A stretch of DNA of 64,000 nt from an uncultured virus (IMG/VR IMGVR_UViG_3300025133_000067) (lineage: Duplodnaviria; Heunggongvirae; Uroviricota; Caudoviricetes). Shown here piece by piece: positions 1-8,092 of the stretch (its first letter is position 1; the number at the start of each line of letters is the position of its first letter). A program made the position numbers and the translations under genes. The DNA lies in the IMG/VR virus record IMGVR_UViG_3300025133_000067; one strand, written 5' to 3'. The notes under the pieces are model-generated. The model did not search any database and was not told where the DNA came from. It saw only the letters and a list, made by a program, of their open reading frames with translations.

Positions 1-493
1 CTGGTAAATAAGCTACAGGTAATGATAGATAAGATGGTGAAGAGTTAGGACTTAATGTATCTACATTAAATGATGTTGATAATGCAAATGTTTCAGCTCC
101 TGCATTACCCATATTGAGGACAGCATGATTTCTACAACAATCTTGCCAGTATACTGTATAATATCCATTCTGATAAAATGTAATTGTGTCAGTATAGGTA
201 TAAACTTCAACACCATAAGCGGCAGATACTCCCATTACTAAACCACCTGACATTAAATCAGCTGGTACAGTTAAAGTAGTTATAGGTGTGATTACTCCAG
301 CACTATCTCTAGTAATTTGGAATATTGCATGATTTACCATTGGTATTCCCATTGTATCTCTATAGGCTGTTAATTTGATTTCATATTCATAACCGCCGAG
401 ATTTGTAGCTACAATTTGTCCTCCCATAAGATGTGATGCGAATGTTGATAGCGATAATAGTACTACCAGTAAAGTTGTAAGTAATTTTTTCAT
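1..493 (-). CDS. Secreted protein resembling Bacteroidota T9SS/gliding-motility-associated cargo proteins (3' partial, runs off the window)
   Basis: Not in ORF track. My translation from ATG at 493: MKKLLTTLLVVLLSLSTFA-SHLMGGQIVATNLGGYEYEIKLTAYRD...YWQDCCRNHAVLN...PNSSPSYLSLPVAYLP. It has a signal peptide plus ASHxxGG, YRD, CCRN and NSSP motifs typical of Bacteroidota secreted proteins. Confidence 0.7.
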   Translation of the reverse strand, partial: MKKLLTTLLVVLLSLSTFASHLMGGQIVATNLGGYEYEIKLTAYRDTMGIPMVNHAIFQITRDSAGVITPITTLTVPADLMSGGLVMGVSAAYGVEVYTYTDTITFYQNGYYTVYWQDCCRNHAVLNMGNAGAETFALSTSFNVDTLSPNSSPSYLSLPVAYLP

Positions 494-494
494 T

Positions 495-806
495 TTATTT
501 TCTCTTTTTTGGTTTGTATTTATTTTTAAAGTTCTTTGCTTTTGCTTTTGCATTTTTAGTAGATTTTTTCTTAGACTTAGTTGCTACTATCTTCTTTTTA
601 GTTTCAGCTATCTTCTTTTTTGTCTTTTTCTTTTTAACTTCTACTTTGGCAGCTTCTTTTTTAACTTCATCTACTTTCTTTTTATTATCAGATACCTTTT
701 TGTTTAATTCTTTTTTGCTACTCTTTGATGATATTGCAAAGATTCCCAGTATAACTGCTCCTATTCCTAAAATATATTTCCAAATGTTTTTCCAAATGTT
801 TTTCAT
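495..806 (-). CDS. Small membrane-anchored Lys-rich coiled-coil protein
   Basis: N-terminal hydrophobic helix (YILGIGAVILGIFAI) followed by a K-rich tail; abuts both neighbours. Confidence 0.6.
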   Translation of the reverse strand: MKNIWKNIWKYILGIGAVILGIFAISSKSSKKELNKKVSDNKKKVDEVKKEAAKVEVKKKKTKKKIAETKKKIVATKSKKKSTKNAKAKAKNFKNKYKPKKRK

Positions 807-815
807 AATTAAATT

Positions 816-2264
816 TTATTTATTAGATATTTTGAAGTTTTTTCTAGTTTTGTTTATTTGACTAATATGTTCATTAACTTTTCTTTCTTCTATAAACTCA
901 GCTAATTCTGGGTCATCCCATCCCCAAATTGGATTTGATACAACATCTTCAAGAGCTTCTCTTTTACCAGTAAGTCCAACAACTGCAGCTCCTCCACCTG
1001 GACCAGAATTAGAAATAACTTTCATTTTAACCTTAAGTCCTTTAAGTTGTTTCAACAATACTTTATTTTTAGGGTCTATTGCATCAAGTTCTATATAAGC
1101 TTCAGTTAATTTGCCTTCTAACATAGATTCTAATCTTTCTCTTTCCTGTTCTAATGCTTGTAGAGTTTCATTATTTAAAGGTTCTCCATCTCCACCAGTT
1201 TCAGTATCAATTTGTTTATCTATAGTCTTAATTGCTTTTTTAATAGCAGATTTACTCATTCCTTCAGTTAATTTAGATTCCTTAGCCATCATAACTGAAA
1301 GTCCTAAATCATCAACAACTTGTTTAGCATCTTCAAAATACTTTTTATCTAAATCTATTACAGATAGAGTAAGCGACAATCTATTAAACTTATATTTAAT
1401 CTTAGCTTTGTCTAAAGCTTTTGTTAATACATCAGGTCTAAAAAACTTTTCAGTTTTTACACCAATTACGCTTTCATTTACATTAACTGATTCGTCTAAT
1501 AATGCATGAAGTTCTTTTGGGTCCATATTTACTAATTGAGTAGATATATCATCTGGTAATGTAAGAAAATCCATTTCTGCGTAATTTTCTGCTTTATCTG
1601 GATCGTCAACTAATGATAATAATAATTTCATTCTATTATCTATAGCAGTATTATATTCTTTTCCAAACTTTCTTCTAATTTGAGTTTCAGGTCCTTTATC
1701 CCACCATATTTTATATTTCTTTGAGTCGCCTTTATGAGCTTCAGTTAATTTACTTTCATTTAATCCATCAAATATTTCTTCCCAATTAACTTTCTTTATA
1801 TTTATATCATCATGTTTTTTTCCAAATCTTTGTATAAAGAATTTTTCAAGTCCACGTTCATCTACTGTATGCATCGCTTGGTCATAAGCTCCTTCATCAT
1901 TAGTTAACCAATTATTAGCATTCCATGTATCCCAATTCGTCCAGCCATTATATTTTTCAGTTACAATAGATTCTGCTACATTATCATCCCAGTATTTTTC
2001 AAGTTTATCATATTCTTTTCTACCCATATTTGAAAGCATAAATTCAATAATATCATTATCATAATTTGCTTTCTCGTCTTGATAAAAACCAGGAGTATCA
2101 ATATAATCTTTACCCATAATTTTTCTTATTGCACTTTCTCCCATTCCATCAATTTCTTCTAAAAAATCAGCAAAGTTTTTTGTATTCTTAAAACCTTTAC
2201 GTTCATTAATGGTTTTAATACCGTTTCTGATAGCTTCTCTTAATTTTTGTTCAATTAGTTTCAT
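816..2264 (-). CDS. Putative internal head (poly)protein made of modules joined by ES(K)LTE/VNE linkers
   Basis: N-terminal MKLIEQKLREAI..INE leader; repeated ESKLTE/ESIVTE/ESVNVNE/EGKLTE linkers resembling gp21 (L/I/V)xE cleavage sites; one module is KYNGWTNWDTW; late motif upstream. Confidence 0.55.
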   Translation of the reverse strand: MKLIEQKLREAIRNGIKTINERKGFKNTKNFADFLEEIDGMGESAIRKIMGKDYIDTPGFYQDEKANYDNDIIEFMLSNMGRKEYDKLEKYWDDNVAESIVTEKYNGWTNWDTWNANNWLTNDEGAYDQAMHTVDERGLEKFFIQRFGKKHDDINIKKVNWEEIFDGLNESKLTEAHKGDSKKYKIWWDKGPETQIRRKFGKEYNTAIDNRMKLLLSLVDDPDKAENYAEMDFLTLPDDISTQLVNMDPKELHALLDESVNVNESVIGVKTEKFFRPDVLTKALDKAKIKYKFNRLSLTLSVIDLDKKYFEDAKQVVDDLGLSVMMAKESKLTEGMSKSAIKKAIKTIDKQIDTETGGDGEPLNNETLQALEQERERLESMLEGKLTEAYIELDAIDPKNKVLLKQLKGLKVKMKVISNSGPGGGAAVVGLTGKREALEDVVSNPIWGWDDPELAEFIEERKVNEHISQINKTRKNFKISNK

Positions 2265-2299
2265 ATTTATTTAATTATATTTCTTTGATTGTTATATTC

Positions 2300-2307
2300 T
2301 ATATATC
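2300..2307 (-). promoter_or_regulatory. Late promoter motif GATATATA (class III)
   Basis: Plus-strand TATATATC just upstream of the 2264 start; the same motif precedes many structural genes. Confidence 0.65.
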
Positions 2308-2312
2308 TTCTT

Positions 2313-2342
2313 AAAAAAAGGAGAACTTTCGTTCTCCTTTTT
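2313..2342 (-). terminator. Rho-independent terminator
   Basis: AAAAAAAGGAGAAC-TTTC-GTTCTCCTTTTT hairpin (GAAA loop on minus strand) flanked by A/T runs. Confidence 0.85.
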
Positions 2343-2362
2343 AATCAATTAAACAACTATTA

Positions 2363-3511
2363 TTAGTTTAATAGTGCACCTCTCTGAACAGTATCTTTAA
2401 GAACATTAGTATCAAATACATCTGGTACCATATTCTCATTATCAAATGATTTTTTACCGAATAAGTTTCCAGCATTAACCATCATATTAGTTTCATCAGA
2501 CGCAGTAACGTTAGTATCAACTAAGTTTTGATTATGTGTTGCAAAGTGTGTTAAACCATTCACTACTGACCAAACACTTTGATTTGTTTTAGCACCTCTC
2601 ATCTGATCTGCACTCATATCTGTAAAACCTGCAGCATTATATTTAGCTAGGTTTTCATTTAATGGAACCCAACTTTCTGCTCTTTCACCAACATGTCGAT
2701 GAATATGATTATACGCTTGTTTCATTTCGTGAATAGATGCTCTTGTATCATTAGCAACTCTAACTCTATCACCAAATCCCATTGGAGCATAATTATTCTT
2801 ACGTAAATTATTCATATTATTAAAGAACTTTTCAATATTGTCTTTATCTAAAGAATAAAGTACATGAGACTCTTCAGAAACTGGAGTTGTTAAGCCATTA
2901 GAGCACCACATACGATTTACATAAGGTAATACTTGCATTCCAGCTGTTGGTGTATTTTTGAATGTTACGCCTCCAGTGAAGACTTCATTATCTAATCCAT
3001 GAACTTCAAAATTTGCATTTTTATTAAATGTGTTAACTGTAATAATACCAGTCTTAGGGTCTGTAGACCAGTTTGTAACGTCTAATCCTTGCTCATTAAT
3101 GATATTATCAGTCATTTCAACAAATTGGTTATTTGAAATGCCAACTGATTCTTTTTTACTAATACCAACAACATTTTTGCTAATTGGGTTTAGTACTAAA
3201 GTTACGTTGTTTAGACCACCTCTATTAGAAGTCATAGCATCTTTCATTCTATTAATGAATTGCGCTTTTGCTTCAGCGTTAAATAGTCTTTCAAATTTGT
3301 TTGAGAAGTTTTGCGACATACCTAAAATATTTAATAGGTTTTTGAACGCATCCTTAGTCATTCCTAAGTTTCGACCTCTATATTCTAGAGTCTTTTCATT
3401 GACAATATTAATGTCTCTGAATGGTACTACTTTTCTTAATGATTGTGCATCAAGAGTTTCTGTTTTCTTTTGTTCAATTACTCCTGAACTGAGTGTTGTA
3501 ATCTGTGACAT
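2363..3511 (-). CDS. DUF932-like domain protein (early gene)
   Basis: RMWCSNG motif and C-terminal WSVVNGLTHFATH resemble DUF932 phage/plasmid proteins; lies behind a class I promoter repeat. Confidence 0.5.
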   Translation of the reverse strand: MSQITTLSSGVIEQKKTETLDAQSLRKVVPFRDINIVNEKTLEYRGRNLGMTKDAFKNLLNILGMSQNFSNKFERLFNAEAKAQFINRMKDAMTSNRGGLNNVTLVLNPISKNVVGISKKESVGISNNQFVEMTDNIINEQGLDVTNWSTDPKTGIITVNTFNKNANFEVHGLDNEVFTGGVTFKNTPTAGMQVLPYVNRMWCSNGLTTPVSEESHVLYSLDKDNIEKFFNNMNNLRKNNYAPMGFGDRVRVANDTRASIHEMKQAYNHIHRHVGERAESWVPLNENLAKYNAAGFTDMSADQMRGAKTNQSVWSVVNGLTHFATHNQNLVDTNVTASDETNMMVNAGNLFGKKSFDNENMVPDVFDTNVLKDTVQRGALLN

Positions 3512-3549
3512 AGTCTTTGATTTTTTTAGTTAATATTACGTTTGTTATT

Positions 3550-3638
3550 TATAGTATAAATATAATCAATTTTACTCAAATAAAAAAATCTGAGGTGATT
3601 ATTTTCATCTATTTTTCAAAAGTTATTAACAATTATAA
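3550..3638 (-). promoter_or_regulatory. Class I (host-sigma) promoter repeat, copy 1
   Basis: About 90-bp element shared with 12390-12479, 19505-19560 and 21020-21103; TATATTTA variant of the TAnnTTTG element. Confidence 0.7.
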
Positions 3639-3914
3639 CTTTCCTGGTACTATAGTATCTATAGCTTTTGCAAGTACTACCGCATCTCTCATTGAAAGAG
3701 CTCCAGACTTTTGTGCCATTTCAGCAGCTTGAATTAAAACTGAAAGTGCAGTTTGTGGGTCCATTCCTTCAATTTCCTCAAATACTGGTTTTGCTTTTGG
3801 TGCTTCTGCCTGAGGAGCAGATTTTGGTTGACCTTGTGGTTTAGCAGTCTGTGTTTGACCTTTTGGTTTAGCAGTTTCTGTATGAACGTTTTTGTTTACT
3901 TTTTCTTTTTCCAT
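3633..3914 (-). CDS. Hypothetical protein
   Basis: Low-complexity N-terminus (TAKPxGQ repeats) and helical C-terminus; class II promoter upstream. Confidence 0.6.
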   Translation of the reverse strand: MEKEKVNKNVHTETAKPKGQTQTAKPQGQPKSAPQAEAPKAKPVFEEIEGMDPQTALSVLIQAAEMAQKSGALSMRDAVVLAKAIDTIVPGKL

Positions 3915-3950
3915 TTGCTTAATTTTTGTTTAATTTTTGTTTAATTTAGT

Positions 3951-3977
3951 ATTATATACTATTATTCTATTTTGTTT
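3951..3977 (-). promoter_or_regulatory. Class II (middle) promoter AAAC-N17-TATAAT
   Basis: Minus strand AAAC AAAATAGAATAATAGTA TATAAT. Confidence 0.7.
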
Positions 3978-4576
3978 ATATACTCTAGCGGGTTAGTTGA
4001 TTTTCCATTTCTTCTAATTTCGTAATGTAAATGTGGTCCAGTAACGGCTCCACTATTTCCAGCTCTTCCTATTGCTTCTCCTTTTTGAACGGTATCTCCT
4101 TTATTTACAAACATTTTATATAAATGAGCATACATAGATTCATAACCGCCTGAATGGGATATAACTACACATCTTCCATATCCTCCTATCCAATATGCAT
4201 TTTTTATAATACCACTTCCTGTTGCATATATCGTATCATAAATCCAAGCATGTATATCTAAACCAGAATGAAAATTCCATCCACCACCAAATGGGTTTCT
4301 TCTACCACCATAATCTGAAGATATTCTTATTGTATCTATTATAGGAGAACCTAATGGAAGAGAATCTAATATCATATATAATTTATCGTTCTCGCACATT
4401 AACATTTGATTATCTTTTATGATAAAATTATTCTCTTCAGTAAGAGATTTAATTTGCTTTTCCTTATTATTTAATTCTGATTCTTGAGATTTAATCCTAT
4501 TATATGATATAGTTATCAATAGAACTATAACGAATAATAAGACACCCAGTGATTTCTGCTTAACTATCTTTTTCAT
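3962..4576 (-). CDS. M23 family peptidoglycan endopeptidase with N-terminal TM helix and coiled coil
   Basis: HSGLD and GPHLHYE zinc motifs, YAHL, GYG motif. Confidence 0.92.
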   Translation of the reverse strand: MKKIVKQKSLGVLLFVIVLLITISYNRIKSQESELNNKEKQIKSLTEENNFIIKDNQMLMCENDKLYMILDSLPLGSPIIDTIRISSDYGGRRNPFGGGWNFHSGLDIHAWIYDTIYATGSGIIKNAYWIGGYGRCVVISHSGGYESMYAHLYKMFVNKGDTVQKGEAIGRAGNSGAVTGPHLHYEIRRNGKSTNPLEYINKIE

Positions 4577-5009
4577 TAAGCTTATTATTTAATTCAACTA
4601 AACATGATGCCATAGAATCATATACCTGCATACTGTTGCTGACTTCATGATAATAATTAAACACTATTTTATTTGTGTATAAATTAGTGAGACTGGACTT
4701 GATAGTCCACATTGGTCTTTTCAATAAAAGTGATGTATGATTTCCAATTGATTCAATCTGTTCTTTAGCATCTCCAACAAACGCATAAGAAGTTTTAACA
4801 TAGGCATTAAATGTATAACCTAAATCATCTCCTTTCATTTCTGCAAAATATTTGATTTCTTTTTTTTCGCCTGTTATTTGATATAGGCGATATACAGTCT
4901 CTTCGTTTTCACTTAAAATCTTTGTTAACGTATCTGGATGTAAAGATTTAGTAATATACGGTGAGTCAATTTCTGTCTTAATTCTATTTATTGTTAATCT
5001 ACTAGCCAA
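4560..5009 (-). CDS. Hypothetical protein
   Basis: Overlaps both neighbours, consistent with translational coupling. Confidence 0.55.
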   Translation of the reverse strand: MASRLTINRIKTEIDSPYITKSLHPDTLTKILSENEETVYRLYQITGEKKEIKYFAEMKGDDLGYTFNAYVKTSYAFVGDAKEQIESIGNHTSLLLKRPMWTIKSSLTNLYTNKIVFNYYHEVSNSMQVYDSMASCLVELNNKLNEKDS

Positions 5010-6046
5010 TCTTTTCCTATTTTCTTAAGTGAGCTAAAATTCCTTACTTCTTTTTGTTCAGTTGGTTTTATCGTTGGAGGTTCTGGTTCTATATCTTTAG
5101 TATTTTCTGTTTCTATGATATTCTTATTTTTATGTGCTGATTCTTTTTCAGAATCTCTAGAAAATACATTAGGACCTGGTTGGGGTTGGCTAATAGACCT
5201 TGTATTTGGTTCTATTTCTTCAACTTCTACTGGTGGTTCTGTTTCTTCAACTTCTACAGGAGGTTCTTCTATTACTACTTCAACTTCTACTGGTGGTTCT
5301 ATTTCTTCAAGTTCTTCTTCCTCTTCGAATGAAAGGTCTTTTAATTTTACTAACTTTGATTGATTTTCTTTTACTCTTTGTTTGAGTTCCTCTGATGGTT
5401 CTTGTGATATTGGAGGTTGTGGAGAATAATGAGGTGTAGGAACTTCTACTTCTACTATTGCCTTAAGTCCTTCATCTACTACTTCTTCTGTTATTTTGTC
5501 TTCTTCTATTACTTCTTCTAAACTAAGCTCTTTTTTTTTAATCTCTCCTCCTAAATAATCTTCAACATATCCATCTTTAATATACTTAGTTTTTTGAGGT
5601 TCTTCAGGTCTAATATAATCTACTAATGATTTAATAAATCCTAAAGCTACAATTGGAAGAATTGCACCACTTACAATTGCAAGAGTTCTTTTTTGTACAA
5701 TAGGTTCAGATTCTATTAATCCAAATAATTCAATCCATGATTGAAAATCTACCAAATTAGTAAAAGCATAATATGTATTACCCATCGCTTGCATTAAAGT
5801 TAATATAATAAATAGAGACCAAACCATTAATCTACTAGTTTTCTCTAATATAACTATTGCAGCAAGAGATGCGGCAGCTCCTACTTCAAATGCAACTGCT
5901 AATGATATTGCTAACCATCTTGGATTTGAAAGCTCAAAAAAGTCTATTACGTGAATTGTTGAAATAATTGACACCATAAAATATAGCATCACAAATGTGA
6001 GAATTACAAAACTATGTACCCACCTGTTTTTTATTGTTCCTTTCAT
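4994..6046 (-). CDS. Multi-pass membrane protein (about 4 TM) with acidic Pro/Glu-rich tail; possible holin/lysis component
   Basis: Four hydrophobic segments in the first ~140 aa; EPPVEVE repeats. Confidence 0.6.
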   Translation of the reverse strand: MKGTIKNRWVHSFVILTFVMLYFMVSIISTIHVIDFFELSNPRWLAISLAVAFEVGAAASLAAIVILEKTSRLMVWSLFIILTLMQAMGNTYYAFTNLVDFQSWIELFGLIESEPIVQKRTLAIVSGAILPIVALGFIKSLVDYIRPEEPQKTKYIKDGYVEDYLGGEIKKKELSLEEVIEEDKITEEVVDEGLKAIVEVEVPTPHYSPQPPISQEPSEELKQRVKENQSKLVKLKDLSFEEEEELEEIEPPVEVEVVIEEPPVEVEETEPPVEVEEIEPNTRSISQPQPGPNVFSRDSEKESAHKNKNIIETENTKDIEPEPPTIKPTEQKEVRNFSSLKKIGKDWLVD

Positions 6047-6339
6047 TATTCTGTTTCTTCTATAAATTTATCTTTTTCTTCTAAAGCATTGATAGAAATT
6101 CTTTCTTTATCAGAAATTTCTTCAATTCTTAATGTTTTCCATGCTGGTATTGTTTTAATCAATTCAATCATTTCTTCTTGATTTACTACAACATTTTGAA
6201 GACTATCAACCTCAGCTGATAATTCTTTAATTTTTTTAGTTGTTGTTGATTGTTTATTACAGCTACCGCACTGTCCTAATAATAACACAAACATCATCAA
6301 TAGTGAGATGTATATGTAGTTTTGTTTAATTACGTCCAT
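6046..6339 (-). CDS. Membrane-anchored/lipoprotein-like coiled-coil protein (spanin-like candidate)
   Basis: Hydrophobic helix ending LLGQCGSC, then coiled coil; late-like AATATATA motif at 6345-6352. Confidence 0.5.
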   Translation of the reverse strand: MDVIKQNYIYISLLMMFVLLLGQCGSCNKQSTTTKKIKELSAEVDSLQNVVVNQEEMIELIKTIPAWKTLRIEEISDKERISINALEEKDKFIEETE

Positions 6340-6361
6340 ATTTATATATATTGTTTGTTTT

Positions 6362-7096
6362 TTATATATTTGAATTTATTTCATTGTATTTATTAAGTCT
6401 CTTTCTGAATTCTTCAAAATAATACTTAATATCTGGTTTTGTCATCGTAAATATTTGTGGTATACTATCATTTTCATTTGCTATCCAAATCTCTGCACCA
6501 TCTGGAATAGTTCTTGACCTTTGGTAATATGCAACAAAATAACTTGCAAGCTGAAGATAATAATCTTGTACCCATTCGTCTCTCTTTGGTCTTCTACTGT
6601 TCTTATAATCTATCACAAGAATCTTGCCATCCTTCATCTTACTAATATTATCTACAGTTCCTGCATATCCAATATTACTCCATAAAAATGTTTCTGATTC
6701 TATAACCTCTTCTACTCTATCAAAAAACAATGAATGATTTGTCCAGAATTTCATAAACATCTCCCATCCTGCATGAATAAATTCAGTATCAAATTGATTT
6801 ATCTCTTCGTCTGTCTTTGAAACTTCTTTTAATTTATCTAAACGTTCTAGATTAGTTCCACTCATTGGTTTATATAATTCGACCAATCTATGCATTACAG
6901 TACCTCTATTCATAGAAAGTTTTGAGATTCTATTAGCTTCTTCTTCGCCTACTCTCTTCTTCCACTTCTCTAAACCACTCTTATCGGATGTGTTGCCTAA
7001 TATTGTTGTTACGGATGGAAATGTGTGGGTATTATCACCGTCTTTAATTTGATAATGTCTTCGTCCATTTACATCTACTCTTTTAATATCACTCAT
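6362..7096 (-). CDS. PD-(D/E)XK exonuclease (YqaJ/Cas4-like phage exonuclease)
   Basis: PSVTTIL, RGTxMH, E...AGTVD...IDYK and QLASY motifs. Confidence 0.85.
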   Translation of the reverse strand: MSDIKRVDVNGRRHYQIKDGDNTHTFPSVTTILGNTSDKSGLEKWKKRVGEEEANRISKLSMNRGTVMHRLVELYKPMSGTNLERLDKLKEVSKTDEEINQFDTEFIHAGWEMFMKFWTNHSLFFDRVEEVIESETFLWSNIGYAGTVDNISKMKDGKILVIDYKNSRRPKRDEWVQDYYLQLASYFVAYYQRSRTIPDGAEIWIANENDSIPQIFTMTKPDIKYYFEEFRKRLNKYNEINSNI

Positions 7097-7097
7097 A

Positions 7098-7556
7098 TTA
7101 TAGGCTTAAGACCCATGCCGCAAATAAAGGATATAATTTAATACAAAATAAAACCAATCTTATTAAAAGATATAAAAATAATGAATTCCATAAAAATCTC
7201 CAGAAATTAAAATAATCAGTTTCTGGATATAATACAACTAAAAACGCACAAGAATCTTTCTCGTTGAGTTTTTCAATTAATGGATATGCATGCTCTGAAA
7301 GACCATATTTCATTAAAATATCGCTTATTGGTTTTAATTCCTTAAATACTATAGATTGTTGCATCATATCTGGTTGATTTCTATATTCTTCAGGTAAATT
7401 AACAACGCAATAAACTCTCCCAAGCCAATCAATTCTTAGACCTTGTTCTTCTAATTCTTCTTGAATTGATTTTACAGCTCTGTTATATTTATATAGTAAT
7501 ATTAACTCTCTAAAAAAGTTAGGCCAAAATTTTAATACATTTTTAATTATTTTCAT
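7098..7556 (-). CDS. Hypothetical membrane protein
   Basis: C-terminal hydrophobic helix; LRIDWLGRVYCVVNLP core. Confidence 0.6.
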   Translation of the reverse strand: MKIIKNVLKFWPNFFRELILLYKYNRAVKSIQEELEEQGLRIDWLGRVYCVVNLPEEYRNQPDMMQQSIVFKELKPISDILMKYGLSEHAYPLIEKLNEKDSCAFLVVLYPETDYFNFWRFLWNSLFLYLLIRLVLFCIKLYPLFAAWVLSL

Positions 7557-7779
7557 CTGCTGTTTCTATTTTTGTAAATTCATATTTTGGTTTAATAATT
7601 GAATTTAATGCTTTTCCTTGAGAATCCGCTTCTACGAAGGCATTATAATCTTCAAGTGAAACTCCGTGATAATGATACATCGCTGAAGGAAATACTATTG
7701 TTAATTGTTTACTTTCGTATTCATATACTGATTCTCTAACTAAAGAGGAGTCATATACGTTCATTGATTTTGTTATCAT
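7543..7779 (-). CDS. KTSC domain protein
   Basis: SS.....Y......LTIVF....YHYHGV....Y..F..ADSQGK..N..IK pattern. Confidence 0.85.
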   Translation of the reverse strand: MITKSMNVYDSSLVRESVYEYESKQLTIVFPSAMYHYHGVSLEDYNAFVEADSQGKALNSIIKPKYEFTKIETADENN

Positions 7780-7796
7780 ATCTATTCTATTTATAT

Positions 7797-7838
7797 TAAA
7801 AAATGCCTGATATTATATCAGGCATCTTAAATTTGTTT
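7797..7838 (-). promoter_or_regulatory. Terminator hairpin overlapping a class II promoter
   Basis: ATGCCTGATA-TTA-TATCAGGCAT hairpin with A-run; the same bases give AAAC-N17-TATAAT at 7812-7838. Confidence 0.65.
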
Positions 7839-7849
7839 AATTATTCTAA

Positions 7850-8038
7850 TTAAGCATTTTTCTGAGCAGATACCTCTTTACGAACTTCTTGACCAAGATT
7901 TTTCAATGATTGCATTGCTTTTCTTACTCTAGTACCAGCAGAACCGTTACCCTTTTCAGTAAATTTCTCTACATCTGATTCAGTTCCGTCAATAGTAGCT
8001 TTAATTTCTTCGAATAATTCAGTAATTTTGTTTGACAT
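7850..8038 (-). CDS. Histone H1-like (Hc1-type) nucleoid protein of Bacteroidota type
   Basis: D.EKF.EKGN.SAGTRVRKAMQ.LK...QEVRKEV signature. Confidence 0.8.
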   Translation of the reverse strand: MSNKITELFEEIKATIDGTESDVEKFTEKGNGSAGTRVRKAMQSLKNLGQEVRKEVSAQKNA

Positions 8039-8092
8039 GTCTTCTTTATTTTTAGTTAATATTATTTATATATGTTAATTTTATTTTGTTTA

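Noticed and set aside
514..861. Phe-rich plus-strand ORF, and the other short plus-strand ORFs in the track
   Set aside because: Reverse-complement shadows of Lys/Glu-rich minus-strand genes; no motifs or promoters.
6362..7096. Cas4-like nuclease as evidence of a CRISPR system
   Set aside because: No repeat-spacer array or other cas genes seen; solo PD-(D/E)XK exonucleases are common in phages.
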